From the NCBI GenBank assembly GCA_038874475.1, contig JAVZCJ010000003.1, positions 59,463-123,462 of the forward strand: a DNA stretch of 64,000 bases. The letters are read 5' to 3'. Positions 45,362-56,017 of this stretch are shown here, piece by piece (position 1 is the first letter of the stretch; each line of letters begins with the position of its first letter). This DNA is from Nitrososphaerota archaeon. GTDB taxonomy: Archaea > Thermoproteota > Nitrososphaeria_A > Caldarchaeales > JAVZCJ01. A program made the translations under genes and the position numbers. The notes beneath the pieces are model-generated. The model searched no databases. It was not told the origin of the DNA and saw nothing but the letters and a program-made list of their open reading frames with translations.

Positions 45362-46504
45362 TTATTTTTCTAATATTACAATGCTTTCCCTTGCTTTACC
45401 AATTTTTATCGTTCTTTCACGCGTAGCAACCCTTTCATTTACAACTATTATTTTTTCGATATCAAAACCTATGTCTTTAGCAATTTTAGCTAAAAGCATA
45501 TCTGATTCAACAATCCTATTTGGAAATACTCCTTCTGCAACTACTATAGCTGCTTTACAATTATTTTTTAAAACTCTATACATTTCATTTAAAACCATTT
45601 TCATATCATAAAAATATGCCTTTGCAATATCTGGTAAATTTAATTCAGGAAAAATATCTTTAACATTTTTAAGATTTAAACCTATGTATGATCTTATAGG
45701 ATCAACTTTTACATGCCCAAAAAACAATTCATATTCTATTCTATACATTTTTGTATATTCGATCTTATTCAAATAGGGTGGAGAAGTAATTATTGCATTA
45801 AAAAAATTATCTTCTAAAAAATCTAATTTTCTAGCATCTCCAAGTTTAATATTCATTTCACATTTTTTAAAATTAATTTTCTCAATATCTTTAATCATTC
45901 TTTTTACTATTCTTTTAAAATATTTTCTAAAAGGCGGAACAGGTTTTTTAAAAATTTTTATTACTGCTCCATTTTTAAAAGCATAAGAAACATCCATTGC
46001 AGATTTCATTAATGCAAGAGTAAAGAAATTTTTAATTTTAATATTTTCGATTTTTCTAATTATTTCACGAAAGAAAATTATATCTTCAAGAGAATATTTT
46101 GAAAATGCTTTTCTTATAAATGGATTTATAGAAGCTAAGCTAGGTTTTTTAAATTTTTCACTAAATATTTTTTTAGCATATTCTTTTAATTCATTTATTT
46201 CATAATCAGCAATTTTTACTTGAGAAACAAAAATTGCAAGAGGAGCTGCATCTATACCTACTCCATTTATACCTTTTTCTTTAGCTGCTAAAAGAGTTGT
46301 TCCAACTCCTAAAAATGGGTCTAAAATCCAATCTCCTTCTTTTAATTTAAAATAATCCATAAATTTTATTACAAAATCTCTTGAAAACCCTTCTTTAAAA
46401 TAAAACCAATTATATATTGGCAATTTTTCATTAGGAATAAAAGTAACGTATTTACCTAAATCATAATTTTTCTCTATCTTAAAAATATAATTTTCCTCGA
46501 ACAT
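45362..46504 (-). CDS. SAM-dependent (probably DNA N6-A/N4-C) methyltransferase, orphan
   Basis: Motif I DPFLGVGTTLLAA lies near residue 65 and motif IV ITSPPYLN near residue 240. There is no nuclease-like neighbour. Confidence 0.65.
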   Translation of the reverse strand: MFEENYIFKIEKNYDLGKYVTFIPNEKLPIYNWFYFKEGFSRDFVIKFMDYFKLKEGDWILDPFLGVGTTLLAAKEKGINGVGIDAAPLAIFVSQVKIADYEINELKEYAKKIFSEKFKKPSLASINPFIRKAFSKYSLEDIIFFREIIRKIENIKIKNFFTLALMKSAMDVSYAFKNGAVIKIFKKPVPPFRKYFKRIVKRMIKDIEKINFKKCEMNIKLGDARKLDFLEDNFFNAIITSPPYLNKIEYTKMYRIEYELFFGHVKVDPIRSYIGLNLKNVKDIFPELNLPDIAKAYFYDMKMVLNEMYRVLKNNCKAAIVVAEGVFPNRIVESDMLLAKIAKDIGFDIEKIIVVNERVATRERTIKIGKARESIVILEK

Positions 46505-46773
46505 AAAATATGGTTTATAATATTAATTATTAAATTTTTAAGTTTTTAAATATTTCTCGATAGATTTATTAAAAAATTTTCAATATTTACATATTTATTA
46601 GGATAAATATTGAAAAAATTACATATTCTAATTGAAAAATTTATAAAATATTATTTTTCAAAATCAGAAGTAAAGTGAAAAATATGAAAAACTCCTTAAT
46701 CAATACAATAATATGCATTAAATCTATGAAATCCAGCATTCGAGGATATTTTATAATTTAAGAGGAAAAAAGA

Positions 46774-48669
46774 ATGCAAAAAATAAGTTCATATCTTGAA
46801 ATCCTACAACCAAAAATGGATAAAATTAATTATAGAAAACTTCTTACAATAGCTGACCCTAGAATTCATAAATTTATTGCTGAAGCTATTGAACTTTGTA
46901 ATCCTGATAATATTTTCATTTGCAATGATTCTGAAGAAGATAGAGCATATGTTAGACATCAAGCAATTATTACTGGTGAAGAAAGAGCCTTAGCAATTCC
47001 TGGTCATACTGTTCATTTTGATGGACCATATGATCAAGGAAGGGATCGTGAAGTTACAAAATACCTTGTACCAAAATGGGATTATTTAAGTAAAAATATT
47101 AACCAAATTGATCGTGATGAGGGTTTAGCAGAAATAAAAAGTTTACTTAAAAATTCAATGAAAGGACGTACGATGATTGTTTGTCTTGTTTCATTAGGAC
47201 CTACTAATTCTATATTCAGTATCCCTTGCATAGAATGTACAGATTCCTGGTATGTGGCTCACTCTATCAATTTACTTTATCGCTCAGCTTATGAAATGTT
47301 TAAACAAAAAGAAATTCAAAAAAATGAAGTATTTCGCGTACTACATTCAGCAGGAAAAATGGATGAAAATATGACAAGCATGGAATCAGAAAAGAAGAGA
47401 ATCTACATTGATTATATTGAAAATACTATTTATAGTGTTAATACTCAATATGCTGGCAATACTGTTGGATTTAAAAAATTATCTCTTCGTCTCGCTATAC
47501 GTAAAGCTGATCGAGAAGGATGGTTAGCAGAACATATGATGATAACAGGAGTGTATGGCCCAAATAGTCGTAAGACTTATTTTGCTGGAGCTTTTCCAAG
47601 TGCATGTGGTAAAACTTCTACTGCTATGATACCAGGTAATACTATCATGGGTGATGATATCGCCTTCCTTCGTAATATTGATGGTATTTGTCGAATAGCA
47701 AATGCTGAATCTGGAATTTTCGGAATTCTTCAAGATATTAATCCTATTGATGACCCATTAATTTGGGAAGTACTTACAAATCCTGGTGAGGTTATTTTCT
47801 CAAATGTATTAGTAAAAGATGGAAAACCTTATTGGTTAGGCATGGGTTGTGAAATTCCTAATGAAGGAATAAACTATAGTGGATATTGGTGGAAAGGTAA
47901 AATTAATGGAAAAGGTGAAGAAATTTTACCTGCTCATAAAAATGCTCGATATACAGTATCTCTTAAGACATTGAAAAATTGCGATTCTGAATTGAATAAT
48001 CCATTTGGAGTAGAATTGGGAGGTGTAATTTATGGCTGTCGTGATGCTAGAGCTTATGTTCCAGTACAACAAAGCTTTGATTGGGATCATGGTATTATTG
48101 CTTATGGAGCATCACTAGAAACAGAAACAACTTTTGCTATTGTAGAAGAAGAGGGCAAATATGAAATAAACTTAATGAGTATTCAAGATTTTATCTCTAT
48201 TCCTTTAGGCAAGTATATACTTAATAATCTTGAATTTGGTAAAAAACTTAAGAAAAAACCTCTCATATTTGGAGTTAATTATTTTCTTAGAGATAAAGAA
48301 ACAGGCGAATTTGTAAATGATAAAAGAGATAAACAAGTATGGATAAAATGGATGGAACTTAGAGTACATAAAGAAGTTAGTGCTATAAAATCTCCTACTG
48401 GTTTAATTCCTAAATATGAAGATTTACGTCAACTTTTCTATCAAGTACGTAATATAGAATATAAGAAAGAAGATTATATTAAACAATTTACTATTCGTGT
48501 TAATGAGAATTTAGCTAAAATTAAGCGAGTAGAAGATTTTTATCGAAATAATATTCCTGATGCACCGTATGAGCTATTTCAAATATTAAATCAACAACGT
48601 GAACGTTTACTTAAAGCTAAAGAAGATTTTGGAGATTATATTTCTCCTATGGAATTTGAAGAAGAATAA
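46774..48669 (+). CDS. pckG: phosphoenolpyruvate carboxykinase (GTP)
   Basis: 631 aa. The kinase-1a loop is FPSACGKTS and the overall sequence is GTP-PEPCK-like. Confidence 0.93.
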   Translation: MQKISSYLEILQPKMDKINYRKLLTIADPRIHKFIAEAIELCNPDNIFICNDSEEDRAYVRHQAIITGEERALAIPGHTVHFDGPYDQGRDREVTKYLVPKWDYLSKNINQIDRDEGLAEIKSLLKNSMKGRTMIVCLVSLGPTNSIFSIPCIECTDSWYVAHSINLLYRSAYEMFKQKEIQKNEVFRVLHSAGKMDENMTSMESEKKRIYIDYIENTIYSVNTQYAGNTVGFKKLSLRLAIRKADREGWLAEHMMITGVYGPNSRKTYFAGAFPSACGKTSTAMIPGNTIMGDDIAFLRNIDGICRIANAESGIFGILQDINPIDDPLIWEVLTNPGEVIFSNVLVKDGKPYWLGMGCEIPNEGINYSGYWWKGKINGKGEEILPAHKNARYTVSLKTLKNCDSELNNPFGVELGGVIYGCRDARAYVPVQQSFDWDHGIIAYGASLETETTFAIVEEEGKYEINLMSIQDFISIPLGKYILNNLEFGKKLKKKPLIFGVNYFLRDKETGEFVNDKRDKQVWIKWMELRVHKEVSAIKSPTGLIPKYEDLRQLFYQVRNIEYKKEDYIKQFTIRVNENLAKIKRVEDFYRNNIPDAPYELFQILNQQRERLLKAKEDFGDYISPMEFEEE

Positions 48670-48784
48670 AATGAATTTATAAAAATTTTTAATAATAAAA
48701 GTAGTTTTATTTTACTAAAATCATTATTTAGAAAAAGATTTTTTAAAAATTTAAAAGAGTCAATTTAATATTTTTTATGAGATT

Positions 48785-49915
48785 ATGGAGGAAAATTTTT
48801 CAGAAAGAAAATTTTTATTATTATTAAGACCAGATAGTTATACTGTATGGAAGAATGAAGAAGTAAGAAAGAGACTTAATTGGTATTATCAAGTAATGAA
48901 GAATGAGAAACCAGCAAAATTTTTAATATGTAAAAAAATTCCAATAGAAATAGATTTAAAAGAAAATAATGAAGAATTATGGAAAGAACATGAAAATGCA
49001 TCTAAAATTTTTAATCAAATATACAATAAAATAAGAAATAATGAATTAAAATTAGAAGAATTGGAAAATCCAAAACATAATTTTTTAGAATTAAAAATAG
49101 AATTAGTAAAAAGAATTTTAAGGAATTGCTGCTATTGTGAAAGAAGATGTGAAAAAAATAGAGAAGAGGGAGAGAAAGGATTTTGTAAATTAAATGAGAA
49201 AACAAGAGTAGCAACATATTTTCTACATACAGGAGAAGAAGCCCCACTTGTTCCAAGTGGAACAATATTTTTTACAAGTTGCAACTTTCGTTGTATAGGT
49301 TGCCAAAATTGGGATATTTCAACAGATCCATTAAATGGAATTGAAGTAAACTCTCGTAAATTAGCATTAATATCAAAAGAATTAAGAATGAAAGGTGCAT
49401 TGAACATTAATTATGTTGGAGGAGAACCAACCCCAAATTTACATACAATTACAGAATCATTAAATTTTCTTAATATAAACGTTCCATTGTTATGGAATAG
49501 CAATATGTATTGTAGTTTAGAGGCAATGAAAATATTAGTAGAATTAATAGACATATGGCTTCCAGATTTCAAATATGGTAATGATGAATGTGCATGGAGA
49601 ATTTCTCAAGTTAAAAATTATACTGAAATAGTTAAGAGAAATCATTTAATAGCTCATGATAATGGAGATATAATTATAAGACATTTAGTTCTTCCAAACC
49701 ATATAGAATGTTGTACTCGTCCAATTTTAGAATGGATATCTAAAAATTTACCCAATGCTCTTGTAAATGTAATGCAACAATGGCGTCCTGAACATTATGT
49801 TGCTCAATATCCTGAAAAATTTCCAGATATTGCTAGAAGATTAACAAAAGAAGAAATATTAAAAGCATATAAAATTGCTAAAGAATTAAATATTGTTTTC
49901 GAACCAGTATCATAG
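48785..49915 (+). CDS. radical SAM protein, PflX-like (COG1313)
   Basis: CNFRCIGCQNWDIS radical-SAM cluster motif, preceded by CCYCERRCEKNREEGEKGFCK. Confidence 0.8.
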   Translation: MEENFSERKFLLLLRPDSYTVWKNEEVRKRLNWYYQVMKNEKPAKFLICKKIPIEIDLKENNEELWKEHENASKIFNQIYNKIRNNELKLEELENPKHNFLELKIELVKRILRNCCYCERRCEKNREEGEKGFCKLNEKTRVATYFLHTGEEAPLVPSGTIFFTSCNFRCIGCQNWDISTDPLNGIEVNSRKLALISKELRMKGALNINYVGGEPTPNLHTITESLNFLNINVPLLWNSNMYCSLEAMKILVELIDIWLPDFKYGNDECAWRISQVKNYTEIVKRNHLIAHDNGDIIIRHLVLPNHIECCTRPILEWISKNLPNALVNVMQQWRPEHYVAQYPEKFPDIARRLTKEEILKAYKIAKELNIVFEPVS

Positions 49916-49982
49916 TTTTTATAAAAATTAAGCATAAATTTTAAATATTTTAGCATTCTTATTTTGAAATAGATATTGAAAG

Positions 49983-51260
49983 GTGATTATTTTGAAAGAA
50001 AAACTTGGAATAGGTTATATTGGAGCAGGATTTGTTACAAATACTTATCATATACCATCTTGGAGAAATATAAGGAATGCTGAAATAAAAGCAATATGTG
50101 CAGCTCATGAAGAAACTGCGAAATATTCTGCAAATCTTTGCAAAGAAATTGGAGTTGGGAAACCAAAAGTTTATACAAATATTAGAGAAATGGTAAATGA
50201 TCCTAATGTAGATGCTATATGGATAACTACTCCACACTATCTTAGAATACCTATAATGGAAATAATTGCTGAAGAAGTATTGCAAGGTAAAAGCAATTTA
50301 ATAGGAGTTGCATGTGAAAAACCATTAGCAAGAAATGTAAAAGAAGCAAAAGAAATGTTAAATCTTGTGAAAAAATGTGGATTATTGCATGGATATTTAG
50401 AAAATTATGTATTTGCACCACCAATAATTAAAGGAAAAGAAGTTTTATGGAAAAGAGGAATTCCTATTGCTGGAAGACCATATCTTATAAGATGTGCAGA
50501 AGAGCATAGTGGTCCACATAAAGCTTGGTTTTGGGATGGAAAAAGGCAAGGTGGAGGAGTATTAATAGACATGGTATGTCATAGTCATGAATCTGCAAGG
50601 TCTTTAATAATAGGTCCAGAAGATGATAGAAAAGATTTAAAACCATTAACCGTTTCAGCTGAAATAGCTTGTCTTAAATGGACAAGACCAAAATATATTG
50701 AAGTTCTAAAAAATATGACAAAAGAGGAAATAGATTATTCTAAATCTCCCGCAGAGGATTATGCTGTTTCAATGGTTTTATATGAAGCACCAGATGGATC
50801 GTTATGCATGATTGAGGCAACAAGTTCATGGTGTTTTGTAGGACCAGGATTAAGAATGAGTGTAGAAGTTCTAGGTCCAGAATATTTTATGCAAGTTAAT
50901 ACATTAAATCCAGAGCTTTTTATATTCTTTAGTAGAGAAATAAAAGGTGAAGCAGGAAAGGATTTAATAGAAAAGCAAACTGCAGACCATGGATTAATGC
51001 CAGTTTTACCAGATGATTGTTATACTTATGGATTTGTAAATGAAAATAGACATATGGCTGAAAGTTTCTTAGCTGGAAAAATGCCTATGGAAAATTGGGA
51101 AGATGGATTATTTATTATAGAAATCCTTATGGCTAGTTATATGGCTGCTGAAAAAGGAAAAAAACTTAAGTTTCCACCAGAAGGATTAGAGGAATATACT
51201 CCAAAAGTTGCTAAGGGAGAATGGAATGCTAAAAGTGTTATAGAAGCACCATATGAATAG
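49983..51260 (+). CDS. Gfo/Idh/MocA-family NAD(P)-dependent oxidoreductase
   Basis: Rossmann start LGIGYIGAGF and the EKP motif (VACEKPLARN). The start may be TTG 49992, preceded by AGGTGAT. Confidence 0.85.
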   Translation: MIILKEKLGIGYIGAGFVTNTYHIPSWRNIRNAEIKAICAAHEETAKYSANLCKEIGVGKPKVYTNIREMVNDPNVDAIWITTPHYLRIPIMEIIAEEVLQGKSNLIGVACEKPLARNVKEAKEMLNLVKKCGLLHGYLENYVFAPPIIKGKEVLWKRGIPIAGRPYLIRCAEEHSGPHKAWFWDGKRQGGGVLIDMVCHSHESARSLIIGPEDDRKDLKPLTVSAEIACLKWTRPKYIEVLKNMTKEEIDYSKSPAEDYAVSMVLYEAPDGSLCMIEATSSWCFVGPGLRMSVEVLGPEYFMQVNTLNPELFIFFSREIKGEAGKDLIEKQTADHGLMPVLPDDCYTYGFVNENRHMAESFLAGKMPMENWEDGLFIIEILMASYMAAEKGKKLKFPPEGLEEYTPKVAKGEWNAKSVIEAPYE

Positions 51261-51294
51261 ATCCTGATTTCAATAAAATTTATGGGGATCATTA

Positions 51295-52650
51295 CTAATA
51301 ATTTTCAACTCCACACCAATCAAGAATGTTTAATGCAAGGATTTTAGTTGAATTTATAAGTGATTCTAATTCTAAGTATTCATCGACTCCATGAGCATTT
51401 CCTCCAATTCCACCTCCAAAAATAATACTTGGAGTTTTAGCATATTTAACTAAGCATCTTAAATCACTTCCACCACCACCTTTAAGTTTAGGAGTTATTC
51501 CTGTAACTTCACTACAATTTTTTTGAGTTATTTTAATTATTGGATGATCTAAGTCTGTTATACAGGATTCGAACCAAAGACCAAACCATTCAATTTTTGG
51601 AGGATTATTTCTTAACCAATAATCAATTTTAGATACTTGCATAATATATTCTTTAAATCTCTCCCTTACTTCCCTAATATCTTCTTCTGGTAAACATTCT
51701 AAGCTACCCTCTAATATACATTGTTCTGGAGTTGAAGAAGGCCATGTTCCTGCATGGATTTTGCATACACTTGTAGGTATAATATTTTGATTAATTATTT
51801 CTACCAATTCTTTATCTTTTATCCCAAATGGCATATATTTAATATCTTCTTCTTCAAAGATATAATATTTATATGATGGGAATTTTTTAGCTTCTACTTG
51901 GCGCATTAAGGAAAAATTATCTATAGCATTATAGAGATAAATAGCTTTTTCAATAGCATTTGGTGTTCCCCATTTAGCTTCAATTCCAGTAGCAATACCT
52001 GGTACTATTATTCTAAAGAATTGCGCTCCTCGATTAGAAATACCTATGATATACCCACTAGGTTCTGTATATATTCCTGCATCAGCAGTATATCCTTTTA
52101 CTGCACAAGCTAAAGCACCATTTCCACCAGCCTCTTCTTCAATAGTATTTTCTATTATTACACTACCCTTTAATGAAATACCTGCTTCTATAATGCTTTC
52201 TAATGCCATTATTTGTGCAGCCACTCCACCTTTTTGATCAAGAGTCCCGCGACCATATAATTTTCCATTTTCAATTTCACCACCAAATGGATCGTGTTTC
52301 CATAATAATCTATTCTCTACAGGAACTGTATCTACATGCCCCATTAAGATGAGGGATTTTCCATTGCCCTTTCCTTTTAGAGTACCCACTACATTTGGCC
52401 TATTTTTATAACTTTCACGATACTCTTCTAAAGGAATAAAGAATGGATGTTTAGATAATTCTTCTATATCGATTTCAAAAACATCTAGCTCAAGACCTAA
52501 ATTACTAAGTTTTTCAGCTATAAATTTCTGAATTTCACCTTCTTCTCCGGTTATGCTTGGTATTTGAACTAATTTCTGAGCAAAATTAATGATTTCTTTC
52601 CTCTTATTTTCTATAGTACTTAATATTTTTTCACGAATAACGTTTTTCAT
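51295..52650 (-). CDS. M20-family metallopeptidase/deacylase (ArgE/DapE-like)
   Basis: LILMGHVDTVP...GRGTLDQKGG...EEEAGGNG metal-binding motifs. Confidence 0.85.
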   Translation of the reverse strand: MKNVIREKILSTIENKRKEIINFAQKLVQIPSITGEEGEIQKFIAEKLSNLGLELDVFEIDIEELSKHPFFIPLEEYRESYKNRPNVVGTLKGKGNGKSLILMGHVDTVPVENRLLWKHDPFGGEIENGKLYGRGTLDQKGGVAAQIMALESIIEAGISLKGSVIIENTIEEEAGGNGALACAVKGYTADAGIYTEPSGYIIGISNRGAQFFRIIVPGIATGIEAKWGTPNAIEKAIYLYNAIDNFSLMRQVEAKKFPSYKYYIFEEEDIKYMPFGIKDKELVEIINQNIIPTSVCKIHAGTWPSSTPEQCILEGSLECLPEEDIREVRERFKEYIMQVSKIDYWLRNNPPKIEWFGLWFESCITDLDHPIIKITQKNCSEVTGITPKLKGGGGSDLRCLVKYAKTPSIIFGGGIGGNAHGVDEYLELESLINSTKILALNILDWCGVENY

Positions 52651-52864
52651 ACTTATGAGAAAATAATTGGCTATTTAAAAATTTTTTTAAGAAAAGGTGA
52701 TACCGACAAGATAAACTTATTATTCTAAAAATCCAGGTATTATTATTAAAATTAATATGAGAAAGTAGTTTCATTACGAATCCCAAGAGTTTTTAAAACC
52801 TTATCTTATTAGCATCGAAAAGTTTATAAACGAAACTAAGCTAAAATTAAAATGGTGAAAACAG

Positions 52865-54229
52865 ATGAAAAAAGGAGTACTTATTTCAGTTGCTGTAGTA
52901 ATTATCATAATAGCCATTTTAACAGCATATATCTTTTGGCCTCGTGTTGAAAAACCAAAAACAGAAGTTCAATATCCTGATGAAGTATATGAGTGGGCAA
53001 GGAAAATTAAAGAAAAATATGATGGTACAACACTTACTATTGCAGCTGTAGCTCATCCATCAACTGAAGCATTTAAGGTTCTAACGCCAGATTTTGAGTC
53101 ATTAACAGGCATAAAAGTCAAGTGGGTTGTTTATGAGGAAATAAGTTATTTTGATAAGATAATGCTAATAGTCACAGGTGAAGAAGTCCCATATGATTTA
53201 ATGTATACTTGTGCTGAAATAATACCAGGTTTTGCTAGAGAAGGATTGGTTATTCCAATAGATGATTATTTAGCAAATAAGGAATTAACTCCCGAATGGT
53301 TTGTTTTTAATGATCTTATACCGGCTTATGTTAATTATATGAAAGCTGATGAAAAACTTTATGGTATACCATTTGCGGGTGAAACAATTTTTGTAGCGTA
53401 TAGGAGCGACCTATTTGCAAAATATAATAAAGAGCCACCTAAAAACTGTGAGGAACTTCTTGAACTTGCAAAATTTTTCCATAAAAGAGAAGAAGGGCTT
53501 TACGGTGTATCAATTCGATGTGCTAAATCTTGGGAAGCTGCATGGAGTTTAATTTCATTCACATATGGTTTTGGTGGTAAATGGGTTGATTTGGAAACAT
53601 TAACCCCCAAATTTACATCTCCTGAAACAATTAATTCATTAAAGTATTTTGTTGAATTAACTAAATGCGGTCCACCAGGTATTGAAGCCTTCTCTTTTGA
53701 AGAAGCTTGGTCAGCATTTCAAACAGGAAAAGTAGCTATATTAGTAGAATCTACAGCAGCAGCTCCAGGTATAGAAGACCCTACAAAATCTTTAGTTGCA
53801 GGCAAAGTGGGATATGCTAAATTCCCTAAAGGACCTGCTGGAGAAGCTGCAGGAGTTTGGGGATGGGGACTTAGCATACCAAAGGGTGCACCAAAAGAAA
53901 AAAGAGAAGCTGCATGGAGTTTAATAGTATGGTTAACAAGTGAATTAAATGTAGATAGATATCTTGAAAATGGTGGAATAGTTACAAGGCTTTCGCCTTT
54001 AAAAAAGATGAAAAATCCTTATGATAAAGCTATTCTTGATACTCTTGAGGCTGCAAATTCTCCCTTATCTCAAGAATTACTCAAAGCATATACTTTGCCT
54101 ATTTCATTTGAAATGACTGGAATAGTTTCTGAATTAACATCACTTGCTATAACTGGAGAATTAACTCCTGAAGTAGCATGTGAAAAAATGCAAATTGCTA
54201 TAGAAGAATTATTAAAACCATATAAGTAA
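52865..54229 (+). CDS. ABC transporter sugar-binding protein (CUT1-type family 1 SBP)
   Basis: N-terminal anchor helix, 454 aa, with the typical family-1 SBP pattern. It is followed by two permease genes. Confidence 0.8.
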   Translation: MKKGVLISVAVVIIIIAILTAYIFWPRVEKPKTEVQYPDEVYEWARKIKEKYDGTTLTIAAVAHPSTEAFKVLTPDFESLTGIKVKWVVYEEISYFDKIMLIVTGEEVPYDLMYTCAEIIPGFAREGLVIPIDDYLANKELTPEWFVFNDLIPAYVNYMKADEKLYGIPFAGETIFVAYRSDLFAKYNKEPPKNCEELLELAKFFHKREEGLYGVSIRCAKSWEAAWSLISFTYGFGGKWVDLETLTPKFTSPETINSLKYFVELTKCGPPGIEAFSFEEAWSAFQTGKVAILVESTAAAPGIEDPTKSLVAGKVGYAKFPKGPAGEAAGVWGWGLSIPKGAPKEKREAAWSLIVWLTSELNVDRYLENGGIVTRLSPLKKMKNPYDKAILDTLEAANSPLSQELLKAYTLPISFEMTGIVSELTSLAITGELTPEVACEKMQIAIEELLKPYK

Positions 54230-54233
54230 AACT

Positions 54234-55130
54234 ATGTCTCTTAACTTTTTTTTAAAAAAATTCTCAAGAAAATACTATCCCATACTATTAATTCTCCCCT
54301 CTTTAATTACTGTATTAATCTTAGTGACTTACCCTCTTTTTATAAGTTTACAAACTAGTTTATATGAATGGACGTATGGCACCTCCTGGAGTCAAGCTAA
54401 ATATGTTGGATTAAAAAATTATTACTGGGTTTTCTTTGGAGGCGATTATCTTTTTTATACTTCTCTTCAATTAACAATAATATATGTTATAATCCAGGTT
54501 TTAGGAAGTTTTATAATAGGATTATTTTTCGCTTTACTATTAGATAAACTCCCACGTGGAGGAGCGATTATTACAACTTTCTTTATAATACCAATGGTAA
54601 TGATGCCTGCTGTTGTTGGATTAATGTGGCGCTTATATTTTTCATACGATGGTTTTGTTAATTATTTCTTAGAAACACTTTTTGGAATAAAAATTAATTG
54701 GTTTAGTTTAAAATATGCTTTAATAGCTTTATCACTTGCTACAATTTGGATGACAGCCCCATTTTTCATATTAGTTTTTTATGCTGCACTTAAAGCTATT
54801 CCACAAGAACCAATAGAAGCAGCTCAAATAGATGGTGCTTCAGAATGGATTATTTTAAAAGACATTAAATTACCAATGTTAAAACCAGTTATACTAATAA
54901 CACTTATTATAAGAACAATAGAAGCTTTTAGAAGCTTTGATGTCCCATATGTAATGTTTGGTGGGGGGCCTGGTTCTGCTACAGAAATACTAGCTATACA
55001 TATCAATAGAGTTGCTTTTTCTTTTAGACAACTAGGAGCTGGGAGCGTATTATCTTTATTTTTAATATTTTTAATAATCATTATGTGTAGTTTTCTAATA
55101 AAGCAATTAAGAGAAACTTGGAGGTTATAA
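54234..55130 (+). CDS. sugar ABC transporter permease
   Basis: EAA loop EAAQIDGASEWIILKDIKLPMLKP. Confidence 0.85.
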   Translation: MSLNFFLKKFSRKYYPILLILPSLITVLILVTYPLFISLQTSLYEWTYGTSWSQAKYVGLKNYYWVFFGGDYLFYTSLQLTIIYVIIQVLGSFIIGLFFALLLDKLPRGGAIITTFFIIPMVMMPAVVGLMWRLYFSYDGFVNYFLETLFGIKINWFSLKYALIALSLATIWMTAPFFILVFYAALKAIPQEPIEAAQIDGASEWIILKDIKLPMLKPVILITLIIRTIEAFRSFDVPYVMFGGGPGSATEILAIHINRVAFSFRQLGAGSVLSLFLIFLIIIMCSFLIKQLRETWRL

Positions 55131-55966
55131 TGGTGAAAATTAATATTTCCAGAAATATAAAAATCGCATTTTTATACTTAATTGTAATAATAATCCTAGT
55201 TATATGGTTACTTCCTTATATTTTTATGGCGTTATCTGCTTTTAAATCTAGATTACAAGTATATGCTTATCCAATCGTATGGATTTTTGAACCAACATTT
55301 GAAAATTTTATTGAAGTTATTTTTGGCCAGAATTTATTCTTTTATTTACAAAATACTTTACTTATAGCTATACCTAATACTATTTTAACATTATTAATAT
55401 CACTGCCTGCAGCTTATTCTTTTACAAGATTTAGATTTAAACATAAAGAGAAATACTTCTTATTATTCCTTATACTTCAACTTGTTCCTGGTATATCTGT
55501 AATAATAGCTTTTTATCATATAGCTATGAGTTTAGGTTTATTTGATACACATATACTCCTCATCATACTATACCTTTTATGGAACATTCCATACACCATA
55601 TGGATAGTTAGAGGGTTCTTTGAAGGAATACCAATAGAGTTAGAAGAGGCAGCATTAATAGATGGTTGCACTCGCCTTTCAGCACTTAGAAGAGTTGTTT
55701 TACCACTTGCTATTCCAGGAATTAGTGCTACAGCACTCCTTCTTTTCATACTTTCATGGAATGAATTTACATTACCATATTTCCTTACTTCTTTAAATGC
55801 CAGACCGTTATCAACAACTGTAGTATTCTATATGAGCCATACGGAGATTTTTTGGGGAAAAATATTTGCTCTAGGGTTTATATCAACATTACCAACAATA
55901 GTATTTTCATTAATTATAAGAAAATATTTTATTAGAACATTAGCTTTTGGAGCCTTAAAACAATAA
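55118..55966 (+). CDS. sugar ABC transporter permease
   Basis: EAA loop EEAALIDGCTRLSALRRVVLPLAIPG. An alternative ATG lies at 55130. Confidence 0.85.
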   Translation: MEVIMVKINISRNIKIAFLYLIVIIILVIWLLPYIFMALSAFKSRLQVYAYPIVWIFEPTFENFIEVIFGQNLFFYLQNTLLIAIPNTILTLLISLPAAYSFTRFRFKHKEKYFLLFLILQLVPGISVIIAFYHIAMSLGLFDTHILLIILYLLWNIPYTIWIVRGFFEGIPIELEEAALIDGCTRLSALRRVVLPLAIPGISATALLLFILSWNEFTLPYFLTSLNARPLSTTVVFYMSHTEIFWGKIFALGFISTLPTIVFSLIIRKYFIRTLAFGALKQ

Positions 55967-56017
55967 ATTTTTTAAATAGTAATATAAATATATTTTGAAT
56001 TATTGAGGTGAAAAACT

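Noticed and set aside
52776-52786. ACGAATCCC resembling a tRNA T-arm
   Set aside because: The flanks are AT-rich with no acceptor, D or anticodon stems. It is not a tRNA.
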